From: Deltaproteobacteria bacterium YD0425bin50
Lineage (GTDB): Bacteria > Desulfobacterota > Desulfobacteria > Desulfobacterales > YD0425bin50
Length of the DNA: 64,000 bases
Direction: 5' to 3'
NCBI GenBank assembly: GCA_002753105.1
Contig: PDZT01000002.1
Location: forward strand, 1,415 to 65,414
Shown here: positions 19,861-28,789 of the stretch, in pieces
How positions within the stretch are numbered: the stretch's first letter is position 1
Layout of the letters: each line of letters opens with the position of its first letter
Notes under the pieces: model-generated
What the model saw: the letters and a program-made list of their open reading frames with translations, nothing else
What the model was told of the DNA's origin: nothing
Database searches by the model: none
Made by a program: the position numbers and the translations under genes

Positions 19861-20241
19861 ATGGCAGATATTAAAAAAATAATGTTGGTCGATGATGATG
19901 AAGATATTACCATAGCATTAAAAACCAAACTTGAAAAAACAAAAAAATTTAAAGTGGTGTTTACAAATAAGGCTGAAGAAGCGTTTAAATTAGCCAAAAA
20001 AGAACTACCGGATTTAGTCATCTGTGATATTGATATGCCAGAAATGTCGGGTGGTGATGTTGCTTATGCATTGTCAGAATCAGATAAAACAAAGGATATC
20101 CCGATATTGTTTTTTTCGTCTTTGGTATCTAAAGAAGATTCAGGCAGTACGGGTAAAGTTATTGGTGGACGCCATATGATCTCAAAATCCGTATCCATAA
20201 GTCTATTAATTGATAAAATTGAAAAAATGCTTGAAAAGTGA
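19861..20241 (+). CDS. single-domain response regulator (REC only)
   Basis: 126 aa. Acidic pocket VDDDED and phospho-acceptor LVICDIDMPEMSG. No output domain. Confidence 0.85.
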   Translation: MADIKKIMLVDDDEDITIALKTKLEKTKKFKVVFTNKAEEAFKLAKKELPDLVICDIDMPEMSGGDVAYALSESDKTKDIPILFFSSLVSKEDSGSTGKVIGGRHMISKSVSISLLIDKIEKMLEK

Positions 20242-20274
20242 TGTATGATCTAATCGAATAGTGAGGAAGTTATC

Positions 20275-21669
20275 ATGAAACAAATAGAAAGATTGATAGA
20301 ACGTATTATTAAACGTGTAAATATTAATTTAAGGGCGTTTCAATTTGATGTAACACCATATATGCATGAACTTGTTTCACATATGGAAATGCTAAATTAT
20401 AACGCTTTTTACGGTATCACAGAGCATCATCCAACCCATTTTGTATTTTCCAAATCTTCTATAGCAGGAAGCTATTTTTTTGGTAAATGTGTTATTGAAC
20501 AATCTACAATCTATGATAGCGATATCCGAGGCGATGAATTAAAAAGGGCAGGAGATCATATTGAGATAGAAGGGGACGAATTTATCATGGAAGAAGATGA
20601 GATGGTTCGCATTCTAGATAGTTATTTAATTAAAACACTCGTACATAGTTTTTCTCATGATCCTAGAAGTCCAGAGGAATTTTTCATTCGGAATACCGTA
20701 TCCATGCATTATGCCAATATACATGGAGCACCAATGGTTGGATGTTTTCTTGGCCCTTTAGCTACAGTTGATTTAACTACCGCACGATCTTGTATATTCG
20801 GTGCCTATTCCTATGTGCAAACCGGTACAATTATGGATAAAATAGTTGAACGTGGTGTAGTCTGGGTCAAATCAAATTCATTTGAATTTCTGTATCGATA
20901 TCCGCGCCATGTGATCGATCATTATATCCATTATATTGAATCCAATACTTCACCAGTCGGTGTATTAATGGATTTTTGTGAACAACGTAAAGAAGAACTT
21001 CGTCAAGTTTTTTATGGAAAATTTGAAATGCCTATGGTAGCTATTCCAAATACATCAGCTATGAATCGATATGCATTGATTAAAGGGAATACATCTATCG
21101 GTGATAATGTATTGATTGCTCAACGGGCTTATCTTCAAGATGCTCACATGGGACAAGGTTCAAATGCGCAAGAAAATTCATATATTATTTGTTCACGGTT
21201 AGAGGGAAATGATGTTACTGCTCATGGTGCAAAAATTATTCATACGCATTTGGGAAATTATGTTTTTGTAGGCTTTAATTCTTTTTTACATGGAAAGCCT
21301 GATATGAAACTAATTATTGAGGATCATAACATTATCATGCCGCATACGATTATTGATTTAGAAGAGCCGTTACATATTCCTTCAAATCAACTCGTCTGGG
21401 GCTATATTCGCAATCGCCATGATTTAGCAGAAAACAGCATATCTTTAGATAAATTATGCACTGTTGATGGAAAAATTTCTCAAGGAAATATGGTGTTTGA
21501 CGGTAAAGGAGAAGACATGGTTACGGCTTTTAAAATCCGTATAAAACGTATTCTCGAACAAAATTACGGTCATGCAGAAGTTTCCCAAGACATTTCTTAT
21601 TATATGCTTCAACCTTATTTAAGCGGCAAACAACAGGGATTGTTCCCTTCAATTGAAATAAACCCTTAA
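20275..21669 (+). CDS. conserved-looking protein of unknown function with hexapeptide/left-handed beta-helix-like segment
   Basis: 464 aa. The stretch IGDNVLIAQRAYLQDAHMGQGSNAQENSYIICSRLEGNDVTAHGAKIIHTHLGNYVFVGFNSFLHG looks like imperfect hexapeptide repeats. No catalytic motif recognised. Confidence 0.35.
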   Translation: MKQIERLIERIIKRVNINLRAFQFDVTPYMHELVSHMEMLNYNAFYGITEHHPTHFVFSKSSIAGSYFFGKCVIEQSTIYDSDIRGDELKRAGDHIEIEGDEFIMEEDEMVRILDSYLIKTLVHSFSHDPRSPEEFFIRNTVSMHYANIHGAPMVGCFLGPLATVDLTTARSCIFGAYSYVQTGTIMDKIVERGVVWVKSNSFEFLYRYPRHVIDHYIHYIESNTSPVGVLMDFCEQRKEELRQVFYGKFEMPMVAIPNTSAMNRYALIKGNTSIGDNVLIAQRAYLQDAHMGQGSNAQENSYIICSRLEGNDVTAHGAKIIHTHLGNYVFVGFNSFLHGKPDMKLIIEDHNIIMPHTIIDLEEPLHIPSNQLVWGYIRNRHDLAENSISLDKLCTVDGKISQGNMVFDGKGEDMVTAFKIRIKRILEQNYGHAEVSQDISYYMLQPYLSGKQQGLFPSIEINP

Positions 21670-21687
21670 TCATAATTATGTTTAGAA

Positions 21688-22611
21688 TTGAAACTAACAG
21701 AGTTTATAGTCTATATGGCAGGAAAATTAAAACGGAATGAACTCTGCCCATGCGGCAGTGGATTAAAGTATAAAAAATGCTGTTTAAACCGTCAAAATGT
21801 CTTACTTGATATTAAGACCTTGTATTTTAAAAAATATAATATTTATTTAAAAGACAAGCAAGATATCGATGGAATTAAACAATGTGGACAAATTGTAATA
21901 GATACTCTGGAACGTGTATCGCGGTTGATTCGTCCCGGAATGACAACAGACAGCATCAATACGTTTGTACATGATTATACCCTTCAACAAGGTGCTATCC
22001 CAGCTCCGTTAAATTACAAAGGGTTCCCTAAAAGTGTATGTGTGTCTGTGAATGAAGTCATTTGTCATGGAATACCCGGACATCGAATACTTAAGGATGG
22101 TGATATTGTTAATGTGGATATCACCTCAATCTATAATGGCTATTATGCTGATGCGAATCAGACTTTTTTTGTAGGCATACCTTCCCTCAATGCTCAAAAA
22201 ATTGTGAATGTAAGTCTTGAGTGTTTACGTCGGGGAATTGATGCTGTTAGACCTCATAATACAATTGGTGATATTGGCTGGGCAATACAAAGTTATGCTG
22301 AAAGTCAAGGATGTTCAGTTGTTAGAGAACTTGTGGGTCATGGTGTTGGGTTTCATTTTCATGAGCAGCCGCAGGTCCCACACTTTGGAAAAAAGAAGGA
22401 TGGTATTGTCCTTATTCCCGGCATGGTTTTTACCATAGAACCAATGATCAATTTAGGAAAAAAAGAAGTTCTAATATTGGAAGACAATTGGACTACTGTA
22501 ACCCGAGATGGTTCTCTTTCAGCGCAATTTGAGCAAACCGTATTAGTCACAGAGGATGGCTATGAAAGTTTGACTCCGTATGATTTGAATAACTTTAGAT
22601 ATCCAAACTGA
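21688..22611 (+). CDS. map: type I methionine aminopeptidase with N-terminal SEC-C zinc motif
   Basis: CPCGSGLKYKKCC (SEC-C) is followed by a MetAP core with metal ligands in DIVNVDIT, YYADANQTF, VGHGVG, FTIEPM and FEQTVLVT. The TTG start at 21688 is per the track; the ATG at 21715 is an alternative. Confidence 0.9.
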   Translation: MKLTEFIVYMAGKLKRNELCPCGSGLKYKKCCLNRQNVLLDIKTLYFKKYNIYLKDKQDIDGIKQCGQIVIDTLERVSRLIRPGMTTDSINTFVHDYTLQQGAIPAPLNYKGFPKSVCVSVNEVICHGIPGHRILKDGDIVNVDITSIYNGYYADANQTFFVGIPSLNAQKIVNVSLECLRRGIDAVRPHNTIGDIGWAIQSYAESQGCSVVRELVGHGVGFHFHEQPQVPHFGKKKDGIVLIPGMVFTIEPMINLGKKEVLILEDNWTTVTRDGSLSAQFEQTVLVTEDGYESLTPYDLNNFRYPN

Positions 22612-22688
22612 AGCTGTTTTTGTCAGAACAAGCTTTAAGCTTTTCCCATTAGGTTTTCACCTTTTATAAAAAACTTTTCTGGAAAGCT

Positions 22689-22815
22689 ATAGATTTTCAG
22701 ATATTAAATTTCACAATTGAGCACAAAATGAGAAGTGGTAAATTCCCGTAGGGGCGAGGCATGCCTCGGCCCTACAATCGTTCATCTTTGCAATTATTTA
22801 TCTGAAAATCTGTAT
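22689..22815. repeat. REP/MITE-like palindromic element with GC-rich core hairpin
   Basis: Core GTAGGGGCGAGGCATGCCTCGGCCCTAC (22748-22775) is an imperfect palindrome. It is flanked by the outer inverted words AGATTTTCAGATA (22691-22703) and TATCTGAAAATCT (22798-22810). GC-rich island in AT-rich intergenic DNA. Confidence 0.6.
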
Positions 22816-22861
22816 ATTGAACAAAAATATTTTTTAAAAATCAAAGTAAGGAGATTTTACC

Positions 22862-23347
22862 ATGGGGCAAAAAATAAAAATATGGGGAATTGGATTCCTT
22901 TTTTTTATTGGATTTTGGGCACAGATGATTTGTGGATGCAGTCATCAAAATAAAAGCCAATCCGTTATATTAGATGACAACTCTTTTGAAAATAGTTCTA
23001 CCTCATCTGGGTATTATGATTTTCCGGATATATTAATTCCATCTGAATTAAAAGTAGTTAAAAAATCAACGATGATGGTTTTAACACCGGGTAAGGTGAG
23101 CGGAATACTTACATTAAAAGGCGGAGTTGAAGGGGATTCTCTAATGCAGTTTTTTAATATTCAAATGGTTAAAGACAACTGGCGAATAGTGAGTATCTTT
23201 AAATCTCCTGAAGCAACCAAAATGTTGTTTCAAAAAGAAAATCGCTGGGGTATTATTTCGATTTTTGAGACGAGATGGAATACATATGTAGAAATAGTAG
23301 TGGCACCCTCAATCAGCGATACAAAAACATCCTCATTAGCTGACTAA
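22862..23347 (+). CDS. putative lipoprotein, unknown function
   Basis: 161 aa. Hydrophobic signal sequence ends ...AQMICGCSHQN (lipobox-like). No recognisable domain. Confidence 0.5.
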   Translation: MGQKIKIWGIGFLFFIGFWAQMICGCSHQNKSQSVILDDNSFENSSTSSGYYDFPDILIPSELKVVKKSTMMVLTPGKVSGILTLKGGVEGDSLMQFFNIQMVKDNWRIVSIFKSPEATKMLFQKENRWGIISIFETRWNTYVEIVVAPSISDTKTSSLAD

Positions 23348-23376
23348 GTAAGTAATCAAAACGTATAGGAATTATT

Positions 23377-24588
23377 ATGAAATTCTGTCTTGAGGGGAAA
23401 CGAATTATTGTTGGAGTTTGCGGGGGGATTGCTGCATATAAATCTTTGGAATTGATCCGATTATTAAGAAAAGAACAGGTTGAGGTAAACGTGATCATGA
23501 CCAAGGCCGCATCCCAATTTGTAACTCCATTTTGTTTTGAAGTGATTTCTGGTCATCATGTCTATACTGATGTATTTTCAGAAGAAAAACCGGGAGAAAT
23601 AACCCATATTGAATGGGCAAAACGAGCAGACGCGGCAATTATTGCACCAGCTACAGCCAACATCATTGCAAAACTGGCCTGCGGCATTGCAGATGATGCG
23701 CTGAGTACGTGTATGTTAGCAATGACGCGTAACATATTAGTATGTCCATCCATGAATTCAGATATGTATCAAAACCGAATTGTACAGAGAAATATGGATA
23801 CATTAGAACAGTTCGGTTTTATGATCATCGATCCTCAAGTCGGCGAATTAGCATGCGGCGTAAGCGGCGTAGGTCGTCTTGCTGATCCAGAAACCATACT
23901 AGATCGCCTGTGTTATGCCTTATCGCCAAAAGACTTTGCAGGAAAACATATTCTTGTTACTGCCGGCCCAACTCAAGAAGCCATTGACCCCGTTCGATTT
24001 ATAAGCAATCACTCCTCTGGAAAAATGGGATATGCTATAGCTAAAGCTGCTGAACACCGAGGCGCTTGTGTAACCCTTATCTCTGGGCCAACCCATCTCA
24101 GTTCTCCAATCAATGTAACAGTAGAGAAGATTGGTAATGCACAGCAGATGGCAGATGCGGTATTTCAGCATCAGGATCATATGGATATTATTATTAAAGT
24201 CGCTGCGGTTGCAGATTATCGTCCAGAACATCAGTCGCTTCAAAAAATAAAAAAATCTGCTGATGAGCATGTGTTACTGCTAAAAAAAAATGTAGATATA
24301 TTATTGGAACTGGGAAAAAAGAAAAAGCAACATCAGATTTTAGTTGGTTTTGCTGCAGAAACCAATGATCTGCAGTTGTATGCAACAGAAAAACTTATAG
24401 CCAAAAATCTCGACATGATTGTTGCCAATCGAGTAGGTATTGCGAATTCAGGCTTTGGTGTAGATACCAATCAGGTCACTTTATATTATCAAAATGGAAA
24501 GCATGAAGAATTACCGTTACTTGAAAAAGATACACTAGCCCATGTGTTGTTAGACAGAATTGCTCGCATGAATAGAATTCATCGATAA
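23377..24588 (+). CDS. coaBC: bifunctional phosphopantothenoylcysteine decarboxylase / phosphopantothenate-cysteine ligase
   Basis: 403 aa. N-terminal flavoprotein GVCGGIAAYKS and PATANIIAKLACGIADD. C-terminal CoaB ILVTAGPTQEAIDPVRFISNHSSGKMGYAIA. Confidence 0.95.
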   Translation: MKFCLEGKRIIVGVCGGIAAYKSLELIRLLRKEQVEVNVIMTKAASQFVTPFCFEVISGHHVYTDVFSEEKPGEITHIEWAKRADAAIIAPATANIIAKLACGIADDALSTCMLAMTRNILVCPSMNSDMYQNRIVQRNMDTLEQFGFMIIDPQVGELACGVSGVGRLADPETILDRLCYALSPKDFAGKHILVTAGPTQEAIDPVRFISNHSSGKMGYAIAKAAEHRGACVTLISGPTHLSSPINVTVEKIGNAQQMADAVFQHQDHMDIIIKVAAVADYRPEHQSLQKIKKSADEHVLLLKKNVDILLELGKKKKQHQILVGFAAETNDLQLYATEKLIAKNLDMIVANRVGIANSGFGVDTNQVTLYYQNGKHEELPLLEKDTLAHVLLDRIARMNRIHR

Positions 24589-24670
24589 TCAATGAAACGC
24601 ATGACCATGATCATTATCGACATCTGTACCAACTTGAATTTGGCCAATCTTTGATGAGGATTGAAAAATT

Positions 24671-25372
24671 TTGACCTTAAATAATGGCTTAACTGTTTTT
24701 ATTCCAGTTTACAACGAAGCAGCGATTCTGAGAAAAAATATTCATGTTCTCCAGCAATATCTGGAAAGTATGAAAATTCCCTATGAGATTATTATAGGAA
24801 GTAACGGTTCCACTGACAAAACCCCAGAAATTGGAAAGACTGTTGCAATAACCTATGCTCATGTGAAATTTTTTCATCTGAAGTTACGTGGTCCAGGACT
24901 TGCCTTTAAAGAAGCTTTAAATAAAGCCAGCTATATGTTTTTTTTATGTATAGACGCTGATCTTTCTACTGATTTGGATTTTATTCTTCGTGCAATTTTT
25001 TATCTTCAAACGTATGATGCCGTTGTTGGATCAAAGCTTGTAGGCAAGCAGACTCGTCCACTTTTTCGAGTTTTAGTCAGCGAATTTTTTATCAAATGCA
25101 CTAATCTGCTTCTAAATATGCCTTACCGAGATTATTCTATAGGCGCAAAAGCCTATCGGGCAGAATCTATTCGTCCGTTCATCTCTGATATTGACCGCCA
25201 TACCTTTTATACACAGGCACTCCTTTGGCAGCTTCAAAAAAATGGTGGAAAAATTATCGAAATTCCAGTAAACTGCTGGGATTATCGTAAAAGTAAATTC
25301 AACTTGCTTCACGAAGGCATTTATCGCTATTACAAATTACTTCATCTATGGATAAAGAATATTCGGGATTGA
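24671..25372 (+). CDS. family 2 glycosyltransferase (polyprenol-phosphate sugar synthase-like)
   Basis: 233 aa with a TTG start. VFIPVYNEA, GSNGSTD and DADLS (DxD) motifs typical of GT2/Dpm1/ArnC-like enzymes. Confidence 0.75.
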   Translation: MTLNNGLTVFIPVYNEAAILRKNIHVLQQYLESMKIPYEIIIGSNGSTDKTPEIGKTVAITYAHVKFFHLKLRGPGLAFKEALNKASYMFFLCIDADLSTDLDFILRAIFYLQTYDAVVGSKLVGKQTRPLFRVLVSEFFIKCTNLLLNMPYRDYSIGAKAYRAESIRPFISDIDRHTFYTQALLWQLQKNGGKIIEIPVNCWDYRKSKFNLLHEGIYRYYKLLHLWIKNIRD

Positions 25373-25411
25373 AGACAGAAAATCAAGGCCGGTAATGCAA
25401 TAAGAAAAAAA

Positions 25412-28400
25412 ATGAAACATTTTTTTATAAAATATATATTATATTTGATTGTCCTGTTTTGCAGTAGTTTTAATTTTCAATTTTCAATTAATATTCTTCA
25501 ATTTCAAACCGCTATAGCTGGAGAAATAACTCTAGTTGTTGAAACTACCACAAGTCTGACCGATTCTGTTTCAGAGATCAATATAGGCAATTCCTTACAC
25601 CAGGTACGTTCTGAATTAAAAATCAGCAATAAAGGCACAGATATTGCCCAAAATGTTTTAATAGAAGCAAAATTGTTAGAAGAAAAAAAAAGTGTTCTGG
25701 TGGCTTCACAGATAAAACCATCAGAATCAAAAAGTGCTAGTGTTGAATTCAGCTTACCTGCAGACAAAAAAGGAACTTTCCCAATCTTAGTTACGGTACT
25801 ATATGAGGATATGAATGGATATTCATATTCATGTACGGTTTTGACACTAGCTCATACAGCAACATCTCCTAAGTCATCTCTGTCTTTGCAGGCTCTAAAA
25901 GATAAGTATTCCGAGCGGATTTATTGCCAAATAGTAAACATCTCCGATCCTGATATTGATATCACGCTGACTTGCCATATTCCTAATGAGCTAACGACAT
26001 CCCAGAAGATCAACTATTTGAAGCTTAAAAATGGAAAAGCGTTTGCCGAATTCGATATCAACCATCGTGAAGGATTGTTAGGCAGTAAATACACTATTTT
26101 CATCACTGCAGAATATGAACATGCGGGTATCCACTATCTCAACTATACAGAAATTCTGATTCCCATAGAAAAAAAGTTTCCCATTAGATTATCACTTTCA
26201 CTTAGAAATAAAGTTCTCTTTATCATTGCTTTATTAATACTAAACTTACTTATCGTGTATATAACTATACAGATGACCCGCAAGATTCTATTAAAAGAAA
26301 AAAGCCAACAGCATTTTATATTAGATATGCTGACCATTTTAATTATTGAAGGCTTTATTTTTTCTCAAATGAGCCCCCAATATCTTTTTACCCAAACTAC
26401 CACGACAGGTGGGGATACAGCATCTCATTATTACACGCTAGAATATCTTCGTCATACCTTGCTGCCCAAAGGTGAAATTGGTGGATGGACACATGGGAAT
26501 TATGCAGGATTTCCCATTCTTCAATTTTATTTTCCACTGCCTTTTCTTCTGATGTGTGCGCTGAATATTTTTATTCCGCTTCAAATTGCATTTAAGTGGG
26601 TTACCTTATTGGGAACATTTCTTTTACCTCCAGCGATGTATATGATGTTGAAATATATACGCTGTCCATTTCCAGGACCGGCTATTGGCAGCGTATTCAG
26701 CTTACCCTTTCTTTTTAATTCAACAAATTCCATGTGGGGTGGAAATCTTCCAAGTACACTTGCGGGTGAATTCTCGTACAGCCTGAGTTTATCCATATCA
26801 CTTATCTTTCTTGGAAGTCTCTATCATGGCTGCATGAAAAATCGATATTTAATTCGTAATGCCATTTTAGTCTTTCTCATAGGTTTTAGTCACGGCTACA
26901 CTTTACTCTTTGTAGAAGCTGTATCTCTATTTTTTCTTATCACATCAGATGAATTTTTAAAAAGACTGACATATATGTTTAAAATGTATGCGTTAGGATT
27001 TTTTTTTCTGGCATTTTGGCTGATTCCGCTTATTGCCTTCATCAAAGACACGACTGCATATCATTTTGCGTGGAGCTTTAGTTCGTTAAATGAACTAATT
27101 CCAAATATTCTCCTGCCAGTTTTAATTATAGCTATGATTAGTACGATATTCATTCAAAGACGAATACGGACTGTACATATATCACTTCGCACCTCACTAC
27201 GCTTCTTATGGTTCTGTATGTTTATTTCAATCATAATGTTTATATTTGCCACCAAATTAGGAGTTGTGGATATCCGTTTTGTTCCTTATGGGCAATTAAT
27301 GATTTGCATTATTGCTGCATTAGGACTCGGATGGCTTGGAAACTGCTTGGATAAGCGACGAAACATATCGTGGATTGGGCTTATTTTAATCAGTGTTGGA
27401 ACTATAATATGGACATCCAAATATGTCGAACCTGTTCCAAGTTGGAGCAAATGGAACTATGAAGGCTTTGAAGCCAAAAAAGACTGGCCGCTTTACTGCA
27501 AGATAAATGATTCAATTCGAGGTACTTTTCAAGACCCGCGTGTCATTTTTGAACATTCTCCTATTCATAACCGTTTTGGAACTTCGAGAGCCTTTGAATC
27601 TTTACCTTTATTTGCAGGTCGTTCAACTCTTGAAGGGCTATATATGCAAGCATCCTTGAGCGCCCCCTTTATCTTTTATATTCAGTCTGAAATCTCTAAA
27701 GAAAAATCCTGTCCTTTCAGACAATATACATGTACGGATATGGATTTCGGCAGAGCCAAACATCATCTTGAAATGTTCAATGTTCGAGAGCTCATTTTAA
27801 TCAGCGAAGAAGCCAAAACAGCGATTCGTAACTATCCCGAATTTTATCGTCTGCAACAAAAAATTGAAAAATACGAAATATGGGAACTCATCAGCCATGA
27901 AGGGCATTATGTCGTTCCCCTTAAATACGAACCTATTCTTTATGTTACAAATGACTGGAAAACAGATGCATACAGATGGTTTACAACGGATGAGATTTCT
28001 GATGTTCATGTAGTTTTTGTTGAAAATTTAAAAACTGTCTCACCTTTCAAAATAAAAACCGAATCACTTGAAAATATTAAAAGAATTCCTATTGATACAA
28101 ACGCCTGTTGGATTAAGGAGACTATTCAGGATGAAGAAATTCTGATTGAAACAAACTGGATCAACAAACCGCTACTAGTGAAAGTTTCTTATCACCAAAA
28201 CTGGAAAATAGAAGGTGCAGACCAAATTTATAGCGTTTCCCCTGCATTTATGCTTATTTTTCCTAACCATAAAAAAGTACGACTTTATTATGCTCACGGA
28301 ATGCCAAAGAAAATTGGGATGGCGTTGACAGGATTAGGCATCGTTATATTATTAATGAATGTACCTTTGCCGTGGAAACATAAATCAACAGCTTGGCAGC

Positions 28401-28432
28401 TTGTTGCAAGACATATACCTATGGTACTATAA
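25412..28432 (+). CDS. large polytopic membrane protein, GT-C-like / PTPS-related membrane family, with N-terminal beta-sandwich (CARDB-like) domains
   Basis: 1006 aa. Signal peptide, then two segments like ISNKGTDIAQNVLIEAKL (CARDB-type). Next come >10 TM helices starting GGDTASHYYTLEYLRHTLLPKGEIGGWTHGNYAGFPILQFYFPLPFLL, and a ~330-aa C-terminal soluble domain. Family assignment is from memory only. Confidence 0.4.
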   Translation: MKHFFIKYILYLIVLFCSSFNFQFSINILQFQTAIAGEITLVVETTTSLTDSVSEINIGNSLHQVRSELKISNKGTDIAQNVLIEAKLLEEKKSVLVASQIKPSESKSASVEFSLPADKKGTFPILVTVLYEDMNGYSYSCTVLTLAHTATSPKSSLSLQALKDKYSERIYCQIVNISDPDIDITLTCHIPNELTTSQKINYLKLKNGKAFAEFDINHREGLLGSKYTIFITAEYEHAGIHYLNYTEILIPIEKKFPIRLSLSLRNKVLFIIALLILNLLIVYITIQMTRKILLKEKSQQHFILDMLTILIIEGFIFSQMSPQYLFTQTTTTGGDTASHYYTLEYLRHTLLPKGEIGGWTHGNYAGFPILQFYFPLPFLLMCALNIFIPLQIAFKWVTLLGTFLLPPAMYMMLKYIRCPFPGPAIGSVFSLPFLFNSTNSMWGGNLPSTLAGEFSYSLSLSISLIFLGSLYHGCMKNRYLIRNAILVFLIGFSHGYTLLFVEAVSLFFLITSDEFLKRLTYMFKMYALGFFFLAFWLIPLIAFIKDTTAYHFAWSFSSLNELIPNILLPVLIIAMISTIFIQRRIRTVHISLRTSLRFLWFCMFISIIMFIFATKLGVVDIRFVPYGQLMICIIAALGLGWLGNCLDKRRNISWIGLILISVGTIIWTSKYVEPVPSWSKWNYEGFEAKKDWPLYCKINDSIRGTFQDPRVIFEHSPIHNRFGTSRAFESLPLFAGRSTLEGLYMQASLSAPFIFYIQSEISKEKSCPFRQYTCTDMDFGRAKHHLEMFNVRELILISEEAKTAIRNYPEFYRLQQKIEKYEIWELISHEGHYVVPLKYEPILYVTNDWKTDAYRWFTTDEISDVHVVFVENLKTVSPFKIKTESLENIKRIPIDTNACWIKETIQDEEILIETNWINKPLLVKVSYHQNWKIEGADQIYSVSPAFMLIFPNHKKVRLYYAHGMPKKIGMALTGLGIVILLMNVPLPWKHKSTAWQLVARHIPMVL

Positions 28433-28567
28433 ATTATAAATTATTTCGTGCAGGAACAAAAAGATGAAATTTCACGATTTATCAGAAAAGCTTATCTGAA
28501 ATATTACTTACGTCACAGCTATGCCATAGAATGGCATTTCACAGCGAAATCGGATGAATTATATTAA

Positions 28568-28713
28568 GGAATGGCAATTTTATAACTTACTTTTTTGTCT
28601 TGAACTGTGATTTATTTGATTCATGTGATCGCTATGATTATCATAGTTAATCACACAAATCAGACGAATCACAGTTCAAGACAATACGGAAATTTATTTA
28701 ATGTCCATCCCTA
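28568..28713. repeat. 146-bp hairpin element, copy A (GTCTTGAAC family)
   Basis: The reverse complement matches 32533-32678 at 144/146 positions by hand alignment. Internally it is an imperfect palindrome with ~45-nt arms ending in TTGTCTTGAACTGTGATT / AATCACAGTTCAAGACAA. Confidence 0.85.
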
Positions 28714-28789
28714 AGCAATTCAAATTGTTTTTGAATTTTGCTTTTCGATAAGTTAAAGGCTGCTGCCATAAATCTAATCCAACTATTAA

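Noticed and set aside
22735-22953. 72-aa ORF starting MVNSRRGEACLGPTIV
   Set aside because: Its N-terminus is simply the translation of the GC-rich palindromic repeat. It also overlaps the better-supported lipoprotein gene in another frame.
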